Program-made: the position numbers and the translations under genes
NCBI GenBank assembly: GCA_030390025.1
Contig: CM059431.1
Coordinates: 116,438,001-116,502,000, forward strand
From: Squalus acanthias
Lineage: Eukaryota
Direction of reading: 5' to 3'
DNA length: 64,000 nucleotides
Shown: positions 12,860 through 25,299 of the stretch, piece by piece
Layout of the letters: every line of letters starts with the position of its first letter
Position numbering within the stretch: the first letter of the stretch is position 1
The notes under the pieces: model-generated
What the model saw: only the letters and a program-made list of their open reading frames with translations
Database searches by the model: none
Told to the model about the DNA's origin: nothing

Positions 12860-13771
12860 TTAAAGCCCTATCTACCAGCCGAGTTATTTGATTCACCAGG
12901 ACATTGGTCCCAACGGAACAGCTCCCTCTTTCCCCAGTATTGATGTCAGTGTCCCATGAAGTGAAACCCCTGCCTCTCACCACTCTTTGAGCCAGGCATT
13001 TAACTCTCTGATCTGTCTGTCCCTGTGTCAATTTGCATGTGGCTCAGGTAACAGTCCAGAGATTATTATCTTTGAGGTTCTGCATTTTAATTTGGAGCCT
13101 AGCTCCTCAAACTCCCTCAGCAGAACCTCATTCCTAGTTCTACCTATGTCATTGGTTCCAACGTGGACCACGACCACTGGATCCTCCCCCTCCCACTCCA
13201 AGTTCTTCTCCAGCCATGATGAAATATCCTTAACCCTGGCAGGCAACCCAATCTTCAGAACTCGCGGCTGCGGAGAACATTATCTATTCCCCTGACTATA
13301 CTGTCCCCTACCACAACTACATTCCTTTTCACTCCCCCCACTTGAATGGCTTCCTGCTTCATGGTGCCGCGGTCAGTTTGCTCATTCACCTTGCAGTCCT
13401 TGTACTCATCCACACAGGTACCTCATAACTGTTGGTCAAAGGCAAGGGCCGAGGCTCCTCCATCACTACATCCTGGGTTCCCATACCTTCCTGATTCGCA
13501 GTCACACCCTCCTGTCCCTGACCACTGACGAACTCTAAAGTACTACTTAACCTAAGGTGTGTGTGTGACTGCCTCCTGGAACAAAGTGTCCAGGTAACTC
13601 TCCCTCCTCCCTGATGCCCCGCAATGTCTGCACCTCATACTCCAGCTCAACAACTCTGAGCTGAAGTTCCTCGAGCTGCAGACACTTACCGCAGATGTGG
13701 TTGCTCGGGATCTCGCTGGTCTCCACAAACTCCCACATGCTACAGTTACGGCACACCACCTGCCCTGCCAT
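12860..13771 (-). pseudogene. CR1 ORF1: zinc-finger/leucine zipper plus SGNH-esterase-like domain
   Basis: MAGQVVCRNCSMWE...ICGKCLQLEELQLRVVELE and VVVVHVGTNDIG...IIISGLLP. Confidence 0.8.
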
Positions 13772-14000
13772 GTTGATCTAACCTTCTTTATTTATTTGAT
13801 TAGTTAATTTATTTATTTTTATCAGTTATTTTAGTTTTATTACTTAATTGGTTCATCTAGTTTTAGTTACTAATTTAATAAAGTAAAGTTATAGCAATTT
13901 ACAGTTTCTTAGCTAGCCTAGAGACTAAACAAAACTGTAATACTCCCCAGCCAATCACCTACCTGCTGCCCTGCGATGTCACTCCTTGACCTTTTTTTGC

Positions 14001-14113
14001 TCTCTCTCCTCGGTGAGTTTGGGCCTCTCTCTCCTCGGTGAGTTTGGGCCTCTCTCTCCTCGGTGAGTTTGGGCCTCTCTCTCTCCTCGGTGAGTTTGGG
14101 CCTCTCTCTCCTC
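14001..14113. repeat. ~24-26 bp tandem repeat (ctctctcctcggtgagtttgggc) x4-5 in the CR1 5' UTR
   Basis: Tandem units visible directly. Confidence 0.85.
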
Positions 14114-14626
14114 CGCTCTTTATTCCCCTTGGCTCTGCTCCGTCCCCGACCAGGTCCACTCTCGCCGCTGCTTTCGGAAGTTCAAAACGTGGTAACAGAA
14201 CAGAAGAAATACCAACTTCAGTCAGGGTTAGGCAACTTTGAAGACAAGTTGCAGCCAACCATGATGAAAGGTTTCTCACAGGTGTACTTCCGATGTACCA
14301 CTGAAGCCAGGACTGGATGCTAATGTCCTAAGTGGAGGGGTTTAGAGGCAGGAAATTAGAACTCAGGCCAGAAGTCTATCCCTGATATCAGAGAGTCCAG
14401 GCCACATATTTTAGATGCCCCACTTGAAGGGAGTGTCAAAGATTCTTCCACAATTTCTTCAGACAAAATTGAAAGTCTCAAGTTAGATGAGTCCCATTCC
14501 ACTAATGGTACTGCAAACAGAATGGGAGCACAAACACAAAGGCCAGCTCCACAGCTACACAGGCAGTGGATGAATTGTACATGGGTTTTTAATCAGGGAC
14601 AATAAATTAATTTCAACAAACACATT

Positions 14627-17060
14627 GGGCCAAATCTTCCTGGAAAAATAGCGACGAGTTCACAGCGCACGCAGTTATTAATGCACAAATCAGCCAGAAA
14701 GTTCAGGGGATGAAGAGATACGCCATGAGATGCGAATCTCCAGAACTTGCTAGTTGATTTACGCCACACTGCTGTTTGCCTCCCACAAATAGTATCTTGC
14801 CCTTAGCTTCCCCGTTATTTTACAGAACTTTCTGGATTTGCACATTAATTGCACATTAAACTCATCACAGAAAGTTAGTGCTCATAAATAATAGTGGAAC
14901 TACCCTTTTAATGACTTGATAATTGTTAATGCAATGCCAATCAATCTCTCCGGCCCAGAAAGGGAACAATTTAAACTGTAAATTTTCATTCCTACTAGTA
15001 GTAAATTGTTGTTAGAGATTTTTTAAATTAAAAATGTAAAATTTTAAAATGTTTTTCTTACTTTTTCTTTCGGTCTCTTTTTTCATCTCTCTCGTAATCC
15101 AATCTTTCTTTCCCTCTCTTTGGCCACGATTTGTCCGGAGCTCAGCCGATCCGATTGGTGGCGGGTCAGCAGTGAAATTTAAAATGATTGACAGTGGGTA
15201 GGGAACTTGGTGTCACAACGCGCACACCTGCACTTCCCAATATCTGGTCTGCCAGCGCTGCACAGACCCGACAGGTAGCGCTGGGGGACCCAATTCAAAT
15301 CATTAGTGGCTTGTTTACAACCACTTAACAATGCTTTACTTCCCAGCTTTTTAACTTTCATGGGTTTCCCGCTGTGCCTAGAACTCATCAGTGAAGCTGA
15401 GGTGGGAGGTCAGTGGCCATTGAATCAGCTGATGAGTTGACAGCTTCAAATGTCAACTCAAAGCTCCCAGCTGATTCAGATATCTTCCCTTAAGCATTAG
15501 TATCTCTAAACTGCATTTCCACTAAAGATTCAGGATGCTGCAAGTCTTTACTCAAGTCTCCATGCAATCTGACCTTATTACCTCTGCCACCATTGAAATA
15601 TCACTTCTGTCATCTCTACTTCACCTGCCATCTATTCCATCAGCATGAGTGCACTTTATACTCTCTCACCTTGGTCCTCAGAAACTGACAACAAACAGCC
15701 CCAACGCCAGCATCACCAGGCACACCAGCAGCAACAACAACCACACCAACCTTCTCCGCAATCACCTGATGCTGCACAGGACAGAGGGCATCAGCACCTG
15801 ACCACATTGCTGCCCGGGATGCCAGGGATGGCCTCACCATGGCCACATTTACTTTACTTGATGCTGCATGCCCTGGCTGCCACATGATGCGCCAGGTTGT
15901 CACCACCCCACACCAACAATATAAAGCATCCCTACAATGCCCAAGCCATTCCTTTCACACTCATCAGCATTGTGAGGAGTACCGCTATGTCTCACCATTC
16001 ACTGCAACTCACTAAGCCACTTCCAAAGGTGCACACAAATCTGTCCAAGAAAGCAAAGTGTTGAAAATAAAGATTTCAATGTTTGACAGCACATTAACAG
16101 AAACTTCACATGAGCATTGGCTAAAACACACAAGTGCCTACCCTTGTGTGTTGTTAGTTGGTATGAGTGGACTAGGATGAGGGTGAGTGTGAGGAGTGAC
16201 TCGTGAGATGAGTAAGTGATAATGTAGATAGAGAGGGATGGGTGGAGATGCAAGGTAAGTTGGTGTGAGTAAGGATGTGCAGGAGTAGGGTAGGGAAGGC
16301 AGAGTGATGGGGATGTGATGAGTGGCACAGCAGGATAAGGTTGAGTGTGGCTTTGCAGTAACGTTTTGTGATCTACTGAGATCATTGAAAGGTTTGCGCC
16401 AATGTAGCCTAGTCCTCCTGACGACATCTCTGCTTGTGTCCTCTTGTGCAATGTGCAGCCAGGCTGCATTGGTCTCCTGGGGTGGTCTCTTCCACCCATT
16501 GGAAGGGAAGAGAACACCCTGCGTGCTGTGACTCCCTCCATAAGCATATGGAGGGAGTCATTGGAGAACCTGGGTGCAGCCGTGCACCTCTGTGCAGTGC
16601 TTGTCAGTGTTTGCAGCACCTCAATGCTGTAGAACACTGGCAGCACAACTGTCAAAGTAAATTTGCACATGGTCCCTTTAAGGAAACCGGCTGATGACGC
16701 GTCATCAATGACGTCATCAGACCCGCTTCCTTCAATTGGCCGGGAAACTCGCTGGGTGGGCTTAAAAAGCCCAATCAGGGGAAACTCATGTCAGATGCCA
16801 GGATGGAGCCAACAGCAGGGCCAAGACCCGCCACCGACGTCGCCTGCCGAGGTAGGGGAAAATTGCGGCCTTTATTTCTCTTTCTGTACCTAATTTGACT
16901 TTAAATCACCCTCCTTTGCAGTTGTTCATATGTTTTTTTTTTCTCAATCCTTTAATCCCATTGGTTAAAGAGATACATTGTTGGTCCCATTGTTCACTAA
17001 GGTCCCAGATGCCCCGTTGCCCTTGTAGTGCTGTTATTACCTCGCACTTCCAGGAAGTTG
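14627..17060. mobile_element. Non-autonomous DNA element related to 50580-51348 (opposite orientation); right end uncertain
   Basis: Starts gggccaaatcttcc; the internal segment ccaatctttctttccctctcttt...atttctctttctgtacct matches the reverse complement of ~50840-50885. Confidence 0.55.
15122..16870 (-). mobile_element. Internally deleted Harbinger derivative with a Myb/SANT exon remnant
   Basis: Termini ggccacgattt / aaattgcggcc; TSD TTT; AAPRFSNDSLHMLMEGV... remnant at ~16600-16370. Confidence 0.7.
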
Positions 17061-18528
17061 TGTTTCCTGATCCTCCTCAGATGATTAAAATAACTATTAA
17101 AAAAATAAGATTTTTAGTCATAATCAGAGCTATTTAAGTCATCAAGGACACCCCTCAGTCACTTGATATGTATTTTCCAAACCTCTATTGGTGACTTTCC
17201 AGAGTGCCAAAACCTCTTCATGCAGTAATCTTCTGATGTTCCTACGTAGGGTATTTTAGACCTGTATACCCTCTCCCTCAGATAGCCCTCCATTTGGGGG
17301 GTACAATCTCTCGTTCATCCCAATCCAACTCTAAAAAGACAATGGCCACAATGGGAAAAACAAATGTTGCCAACCTCTTGTTCCATTTTCTACCATTTAT
17401 ATCCCACTTAGTCATTACCTCAGTGTAATTTATATCTCCATACCAGATATCTAATTGGAGAATCCATCTTAGCTATTGCTGGATCCAGCCACATATTAGA
17501 ATCCTTAATTGCAATTTTTGACCGACTGTTGAAAAAATTAAACATATTAAATTAACTATTAATCTGCCTTGAGAAATTTCTATGCTTTTTATTAGCACGA
17601 TCGCTAATTTTGTGTATAATGATTTGAAGGCTAAATGACGACATGAACGAGTGAAGTACGTCAGGTTAACAACAAATAATGAAAGAAAGAAATATACAAA
17701 TCACTGAGGTACCAAAATAGAGAAATATTAAGAAGGGGATGACTTAAATCAGAGCTAATTGTCTCATCAGCCCACGAGGGGCAGTTACTTTAGGTTTCTA
17801 CTAATTAATCCAATTTAATTTCATCAATACATGGTCTCTGAGGCAGATAATAGCAGTGTAATCTCTGTAGTGGTGGAACAAAAATGAGCCTTAACCAGGA
17901 CCTCAAATGATACTATCCTTATGTTATCCATTGATTTATACAATAGATATCTCACAGCTCTTGTGTACATCACCAGAGGGTCCTTTTCCTATTATACTAC
18001 AATGTGTGACCTCAGGTTAACTGTATTGTCAATTAGTTTCCTAAATTCTACATTAGCGCTTTCTTTCGGTGTAACATTTTACTGCAGATTACAACTTGTA
18101 CTCAGATATTAGTTCCTAAAAGAACTGGCCATTGGACATGCAGGAACCAAGCAGAAGGTGAGATTGTTGTGAGTTTCTGCATAGCAACCAGAAGGCCTTG
18201 AGACCAATGGCCTGTCCCGCAGTTGCAGGCCTCTGTCCTTCTGCACTATTTCTAGTTGTTAGCCAATGCACTGGGGTGGGCCTGTGCTTAGGATGAGACC
18301 AGTCCATGGAAATGACCTGACCCCACAAATCTGCATGTATTGAGGTCAGGACAGACAATGCGCGTTTTGAGCATGCTGCGTCTGTTCAGCTTCCAGGCAA
18401 AGAGGAGCAGGAAGATCCTGCCGGGTTTCCCAAACATCTGCCACAACTTCAGCGGAAGATCAATGGATACACCGGTAAATGATAGAAATTAAAGCTGGGG
18501 CCTAGCAAACCATTTCCCTGCTTACTGT

Positions 18529-20166
18529 TGTAGAATTCGCAAATTATCGCGATTTGAAAATAATGAGAAAGAGACATACAGTTTCGTAAACACAGCTTTA
18601 TTTCAGCAAAATGCTGTCAGGTTTCAAAATGGACACAAGCAGCCTGTAAAATGGCCACCACGCCTCGTGGCAGAAGGTTCTAGACTTTCAGCAGGCAGAC
18701 AAGATGGCGTTTCAATAAACATTTCAGCAAGATCGGACAGGACTCAGCATATTGAGATAAGACAAGACGAGATTGTTTTGCATTTTAACACCCAAGCCAG
18801 GAATATAAGTGCTGGAATCGAGTTTTTCCATGTACAAATGAGAGTTATTGTACTGGGCAATCAAGGGGCCCATCCAAAAGACATTGATATGCAAATTCCC
18901 CACGGCTCTACGATGAGAGAGCCGTTCGCGGGTACTCACAGCAAGAATTCGGAGGCCCCAAAACGCCTCCAGGGAGACTCCTAGCCGGTTCCACAATGGG
19001 AGAAATATTAACGGATAATCAGACAGCTACAAGTATCACCGAAACCCATTAACGACAAGTACCACCCCATACAAGAAGTTTGAGCGCCAAAACATGACAA
19101 AAGATGAACATTAAGATTGGGCGGGAGATAAGGAATTACAGTACTATAACTGTAGTGTCCAAACGTCCATCTTTCTCTTATTCGCTCGACTCTTATTCCT
19201 TTGACTCGCTTCTCTGATCCGCTGATTTTCCGGGAGTCAACCTCGTGGCTTGCCGCGAAGATCTGTGGAGAGCTGGTCTGCGAAGGCCGGTAAGCGGGCG
19301 CACCATCCCGAGAAGTCGGTAAATGGTGTTGGAACCGAAGGCCCGAGAGGAGATGAGATGAGATGAGATGAGAAGAGAAGAAGATGACTACACGTGCCGC
19401 CTGAGTCAGTAAACCCCGACCGTGCCCGAAAATCGATTAACCAGTTCTTCGAATTCTATCGGCTACTCCACAACTGGTGTCGGTCCAGAAAGACTCTTCT
19501 TTGAATTTTACCGGTTAACTATTGTCGGGCATAGGAAGACTCTTCTTTGAGTTTTATCAGAGTTCCGAGGTCAACACAGATCTTCATGACAGCAGACGGT
19601 CCAGCCTGCTAGCCGGAGCAGAAGCGAGTAAACAAGTGGGGTACAGAGACCCCTGATCAACACGTGGATAGTCAGGTGCTGTGGTGAAAACATCCGAGCA
19701 GAGTTTCGGAATTCTCCGAGTTATCACGAGTGGTGAGCATGAGTCTCGATCCTACAGATCTAGATTAGGACAGGTATTGATAGGGGAGGGTTTTATGTTT
19801 TAAGGATAATTATAATGTGTGTCCCCTTTTACGATGTGTCGTGCGCTCCTCGTTTCCCTAAACCTAGTTGCATAAATGTATGTAAGTTTGTACTGTCATT
19901 AATCTGTGCTTATGACATGTATTTCGTAATCTTGAATAATATGCAATAAAGATTTTCCATTTCGCACTATTCCACCGGGTCTACTTGAGTTTTCTCTGCA
20001 TTATTGCTCTCGCACCTAAGTCCAGTGTCAGAACCGTAAGGGCGAGTGGGTCGAACCACTCACGGGTGTCTAGTTCTACCAGGCTGGCTGGAGACCAGAA
20101 CAGGCAACAAGGCCTAACCCCGCACTAGCACCCAGACTAAGCACAGAGCCACGCGAACCCCTTATA
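18529..20166 (+). mobile_element. Solo LTR, 1638 bp
   Basis: Starts TGTAG, ends CCCTTATA (the related copy ends CCCTTACA); 4-bp TSD CTGT; TATAA ~19145, AATAAA ~19945; colinear with 30658-33568 (-). Confidence 0.8.
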
Positions 20167-20364
20167 CTGTCGCTATCTCCACCGATCCTAGGGACCACCA
20201 GCAGAAAGGTGTCCATAGTCCCTGAGACAGTAGCACTCAGTCAAAATGAAGTGCATGTCTCAGTAAGTGCAAACCAAAAACAAACAGGATGAAAAAGCTA
20301 TTCCAGGAGTCATTAATCAGTAAGCAAAGCTTTGGGGTTCCTCAAAGCTCGCAAACTTCACAAT

Positions 20365-20742
20365 CTCATTGAAACATAGAAGATTCTGAAGGGGATTGAT
20401 AGGGTAGATGCTGAGAGGGTGTTTCCCCTGGCTGGAGAGTCTAAAACTGCGGGGCATATTCTCAGGATAAGTGGTAGGCCATTGAAGACTGAGATGAGGA
20501 GGAATTTCTTCACTCAGAGGGTTGTGAATCTTTGGAATTCTCTGCCCCAGGGGGCTGTGAATGCTGAGTCTTTGAGTATATTCAAGGCTGAGATAGATAG
20601 ATTTTTGGACTCTAGGGGAATCAAGGGATATGGAGATCGGGCGGGAAAGTGAAGTTGAGGTCGATGATCAGCCATGATCTTATTGAATGGCGGAGCAGGC
20701 TCGAGGGGCCGTCTGGCCTACTCCTATTCCTATTTCTTATGA
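20365..20742 (+). mobile_element. CR1 3' fragment
   Basis: FPLAGESK...RRNFFTQRVVNLWNSLPQ...GIKGYG followed by the tail. Confidence 0.88.
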
Positions 20743-20748
20743 AATAAT

Positions 20749-20918
20749 GGGGGTCACTTTGACTTTGGGTGATAATGTAAAACGGGTGATAGCGAATCAG
20801 CAGCCTGGTTTACATCTCTCCTGATTTAAATGGAAATAAAAATCAGGAGAGATGTAAAACGGACTGCCAATTCGCTAGCACCCATTTTATACTATCGCAC
20901 AAAGTCAAAATTACACCC
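20749..20918. repeat. ~170-bp foldback (palindromic MITE-like element)
   Basis: Arms ...tttacatctctcctgattt / aaatcaggagagatgtaaa...; imperfect pairing extends to tttgacttt / aaagtcaaa. Confidence 0.75.
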
Positions 20919-21146
20919 ACAGAAAGGAATGGTTTTAATAGTGCTGGGGCACAGATGGAGTCTGTCTGGGTTAGTTTAAAAATAATAAAATAACTGTTAC
21001 TATATGGAAGTGCATTGTACAACGTTGAATGATGGGAAAGATTTGTAGACAATTTAGAGATGTTTATAGTAGAAGTGCAAATGTACGCAAAGGGGTAATT
21101 TTACGGATTTCTACATGTACAAGGTGCAGAAGTTTGCCTGTGAGAG

Positions 21147-22121
21147 AAACATAGAAACATAGAAGATAGGAGCAGGAGTAGGCCATTCGGCCCCTTGAGC
21201 CTGCTCCGCCATTCAATGAGATCATGGCTGATCATCCAAATTCAGTACCCTGTCCCTGCTTTCTCCCCATATCCCTTGATCCTTTTAGCCTTAAGAAATA
21301 TATCTAACTCCTTCTTGAATATATTTAATGAATTGGCCACAACTGCCTTCTGTGGTAGAGAATTCCACAGGTTCACCACTCTCTGGGTGAAGAAATTCCT
21401 CCTCATATTAGTCCTAAATGGCTTACCCCTTATCCTTGGACTGTGACCCCTGGTTCTGGACTCCCCCGCCATCGGGAACATCCTTCCTGCATCTAGTCTG
21501 TCTAGTCCTGTTAGAATTTTATAAGTTTCAATGAGATCCCCTCTCATTCTTCTAAACTCTAGCAAATATAAGCCTAATCGACCCAATCTCTCTTCATACG
21601 TCATTCCTGCCAACCCAGGTATCAGTCTGGTGAATGTTCGCTGCACTCCCTCCATGGCAAGAACATCCTTCCTCAGATAAGGCGACCAAAACTGCACACA
21701 ATACTCAAGGTGTGGTCTCACCAAGGCCCTGTACAACTGCAGCAAGACATCCTTGCTCCTGTACTCGAATCCTCTCGCTATGAAGGCCAACATACCATTT
21801 GTCTTCTTAACCGCCTGCTGCACCTGCATGCTTACCTTCAGCGACTGGTGCACAAGGACACCCAGGTCTCGTTGCACTTCCCCTTCTCCCAATCTATTGC
21901 CGTTCAGATAATAATCTGCCTTCCTGTTTTTGCCACCAAAGTGGATAACCTCGCATTTATCCACATTATACTGCATCTGCCATGCATCTGCCCAATTACC
22001 CAGCCTGTCCAAATAATACTGGAGTTTCTCTGCATCCTCCTCACAGCACACACGCCCACCCAGCTTTGTGTCGTCTGCAAACTTGGAGATATTACATCTA
22101 GTTCCCTCGTCTAGATCATTA
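21147..22121 (-). mobile_element. Young 5'-truncated CR1 with open RT C-terminus
   Basis: Uninterrupted NDLDEG...FADDTKLGG...GYGEKAGTGY; (aaacatag)n tail; highly similar to 45967-46940. Confidence 0.92.
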
Positions 22122-22884
22122 TCTAAAACGTATTGAGAATTCAGTATGCATATGCGCCTGAAAGCATTTTCATTAATTAAAACTAATGGATGGCAAATCA
22201 AGAGGTGCATGCCCAAATTAACAATATACGCTTCCGTAGGTGAAATTCTATACTCGGAGTCCTAATTAGCTTAGAAATTACAGCTCATAGGCTCAACCAC
22301 TCCCTGAGATGGTTGGGAGAGGTCCAATCAATGATTGCAGCTAAACTGAGAGCAGGAGAGAGAGCGGAATTGGTACAGTTGGTTTTTACAGCAAGTTTCT
22401 GAATTAATATGATCGTGTTGCTCTATATCTTTTACTCGCACAACACTTCAGTACTAACTCATTTGAAAGCCGACTGCACCAGAATGGCTGCCATTCCAGT
22501 TCCCAATTCTGACATGCCCCCCTCAACCACCACGACTACAACCACCTAGCAGGTATTCTCTGCTCTTGATTCTGACTAAAGTGGGCAGTTCAATATCCGC
22601 TCAGTTCTGCTGTGGGAGGTTGGTGTTAATGGTTGGTTGCGAACTGACTGGTGACTGGCTGCAGACTGGGTGCTGGTAGTTGGCTGTGGACCAGCTGTCA
22701 GCTACTGGTGGCGGGGTGTGGACTAGTTGCGGCCACAGTCGTCAGTGCTTGTTCTCTGAGGTCGCCTATGCATTGTACTCGCAAAGACAGACCTGTTGAA
22801 GGAATCAGCCTATTGCTTGGTTAATGAAAAGATAAAGATAAAGGATGTGACAGGTGCTTGAGGTGACCGATTTTCACCTGGCCA

Positions 22885-23610
22885 AATACAAACATACAAA
22901 CATACGAACAATGACGGACAGGTAAAGACCCTTTGGTCTATTCAGCTTGTCCCACATGATTGCAATAACTTGTGTATCACAATATACACACTCCATCCCA
23001 CCCAAAATCATGTGATCTCCTGGGAGAGGCAAAAAAAATTTAAAACCCAGGCCAATTTGGGGAAAGGAATCTGGGAAATTCCTCTCCGACCCATCTAGGC
23101 GATCAAAACTTGTCCATGAGATCACTCTGGCCCTGAATTCCCTGCAGTGCTTATCTTCTGTAAGAGGTGATCTCTGCCCCAGCCACAAACAGGTCCAGCT
23201 CTCGCTTGAAGGAATTCAACAAATCAGCATCAACCGCATGAGACGACAGCCTGTTCCAGAGGTCCACTATTCTCTGGGAAAAGAACCACCTTCTGACATC
23301 TAACCTAGATCTGGCTTTATACAACTTACATTTGTGACCCCTGGTCCTCCCTAACCTATTTCATTGAAACAGTCAACCAGAACACAATCTATTCCCGTCA
23401 TTATCTTATAAAACTCAATCAGATCTCTTCTAAGTCTACGCTTCTTTAAAGTGGAGAGTCTCAACTCTTTTAGCCAATCTTGATGACCAAGCTGCTTTAA
23501 ACTGGGAATTAGTCTAGTGGTCCTCCTCTTCTCTCTTTCCAAAGCAACAATATCACCCCATGTGAGGAGACCAAAACTGGACACAATATTCCAAGGTCTT
23601 GTACAAGGAC
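22885..23610 (-). mobile_element. CR1 3' fragment of a different subfamily
   Basis: LKELRLSTLKKRRLRRDLIEFYKIM; tail (acatacaa)n. Confidence 0.75.
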
Positions 23611-25299
23611 TAAGCATAAATCAGCATGAACAGGGCAGTAATAGCCTCAAAATGGGATCAGTAGACTGACCGACGCATTAACACTGGTGATTCAGCTGCT
23701 GCCATTTTTAAAGGGAAGGTTCCTTGGGCGGCTGGAAGGCCCATCCATTTCAGATGGTAGCCATCTTGATTATGCAAATTGGGATCTAATGAAATAGTTA
23801 GAACTTCAAATGCGATTTTTCAGGGACTGCTGCTGGCCGCTTCAAACATAGCCCGGACAGATTTCTATTTTTGTGGCGCCCAGAGGAGCAGAAGTGCTCT
23901 TCTTGGCTCCATAAAAACACTGGGTTGCTGCCGACCTGCTCTCGTCACCCTCCAACACCCCCTCCCACTTTATGTTCACCCTCTCCAGGACCTGCCTGCA
24001 GGCCAGCATGATGTCCAAGCTTCTCGGTAAAGTACCAGCATGGAAACGGCAAGCTGCAATCAGAAAAAGTTTTGTAAGGATAAATAGTGAATGTTTATTT
24101 CCATTGGTTGGGGAATCAATAACAAGGGGACATAAATTCAAGATTATCACCAGTAAAGTGGGAATTCAGAAGAACACAAGCCTCAAATTTCAGAGGTCTA
24201 GCGCCGGCCGTTGTTGGTTGGCTTTGCTGAAAAAATGGCAGGCGCCTCGCTTCCGCCCGCTTCTGGTACAGAACGCGACAGACGCCATTTTGGGGAGATT
24301 GTTTGAGCTACTGTTGCCTGCGCTCGCTGCCCACATGTAAAAATGCAGATCATGACGTCAATCGGCATGCAACGCCTGTATTGATGCACGACTGTAATTT
24401 TGGACTTTGCCGCTCTGGATACCACCCTCTCCAAACCATGCCCGGAAGAACGTGCGTGCAGCAGTACTACAGAGACGCTGCCAACGCTTCTAAAAGAGAC
24501 ACACACAACTTTCAGGTATGTTTGAATTTTAGCTTTTGAACTGGTTTTTTACATTTTATTGGAGTACTGGCTCAGCGGAATACATTTAAAAGGGTTGCAT
24601 TTATTTCCAACACCAGATCTCTGATTGGTCACCTTGAAGGCAAGACCTGATTTCTGATTGGTCCCCTTGGAGGACAAGACACACCCAGCAACTTCTCTGG
24701 AATGTGTAATTAGATCCTGCTTGCCTAAGTAATCAATTAGTTTGCAAAGTGTAATTCGAGCCATTCTGACTGCCTTACTCCAGACAGAACAGCTCACATA
24801 GAACAGACAGGGTTCACCCTCATGGGTTAAGACCTTCTCCCACCCCCGAAATAAGTTCCTGCCGCCCCCCTCAACAAGTTCCTAACCTTCCTCACACCCC
24901 TGAGTTTCAGACCTTTTCCCTCCCCAACAAGTTCCTGACCACCCCCCACCCAAGTTCCTGACCTCCTCCCCTCCTCCTCCCACCCAAGTTCCTCCCTGCC
25001 CAGGTTCCTGACCTTCTACCCCACCACCCCCCACCCCAGGTTTCTGACCTCCCCCTGCCCAAGTTCTTCCCTCACTGGGTTCATGACCTTCTCCCCCCCG
25101 CCAATGTTCCTGACCTCCCCCCACCCCTCCATAGATGGGGCATTGTGTGTGGGTCACGGATTGTTAACAGGTTTATTGGGTATGAAGTTAATAGTGACAG
25201 TGCCATGACTTCCGGATTTCGTCCAGTCCAATTATGTCACTTAACACACATGCACCGAGCTTTCCGAGAAATCAACCAGGTCAAGAGAGAGGAGAGGGA

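Larger units (their letters stand above)
8682..14190 (-). mobile_element. Near full-length CR1 LINE (5' UTR, ORF1, ORF2 EN+RT), decayed, with nested insertions
   Basis: EN start KVLYLNARSIRNK...[56 protein letters not shown]-like end; many frameshifts. Confidence 0.92.

Noticed and set aside
14001..14113. CRISPR-like array
   Set aside because: Tandem units without unique spacers, in a LINE 5' UTR in eukaryotic context.
17140..17470. Possible ancient integrase zinc-finger fragment on the minus strand
   Set aside because: Only vague H...H.G similarity across frameshifts; too degraded to support.
18667..18984. 105-aa ORF inside the solo LTR as an accessory gene
   Set aside because: The homologous region of the second LTR has stops and frame-breaking indels, and the start is not ATG.
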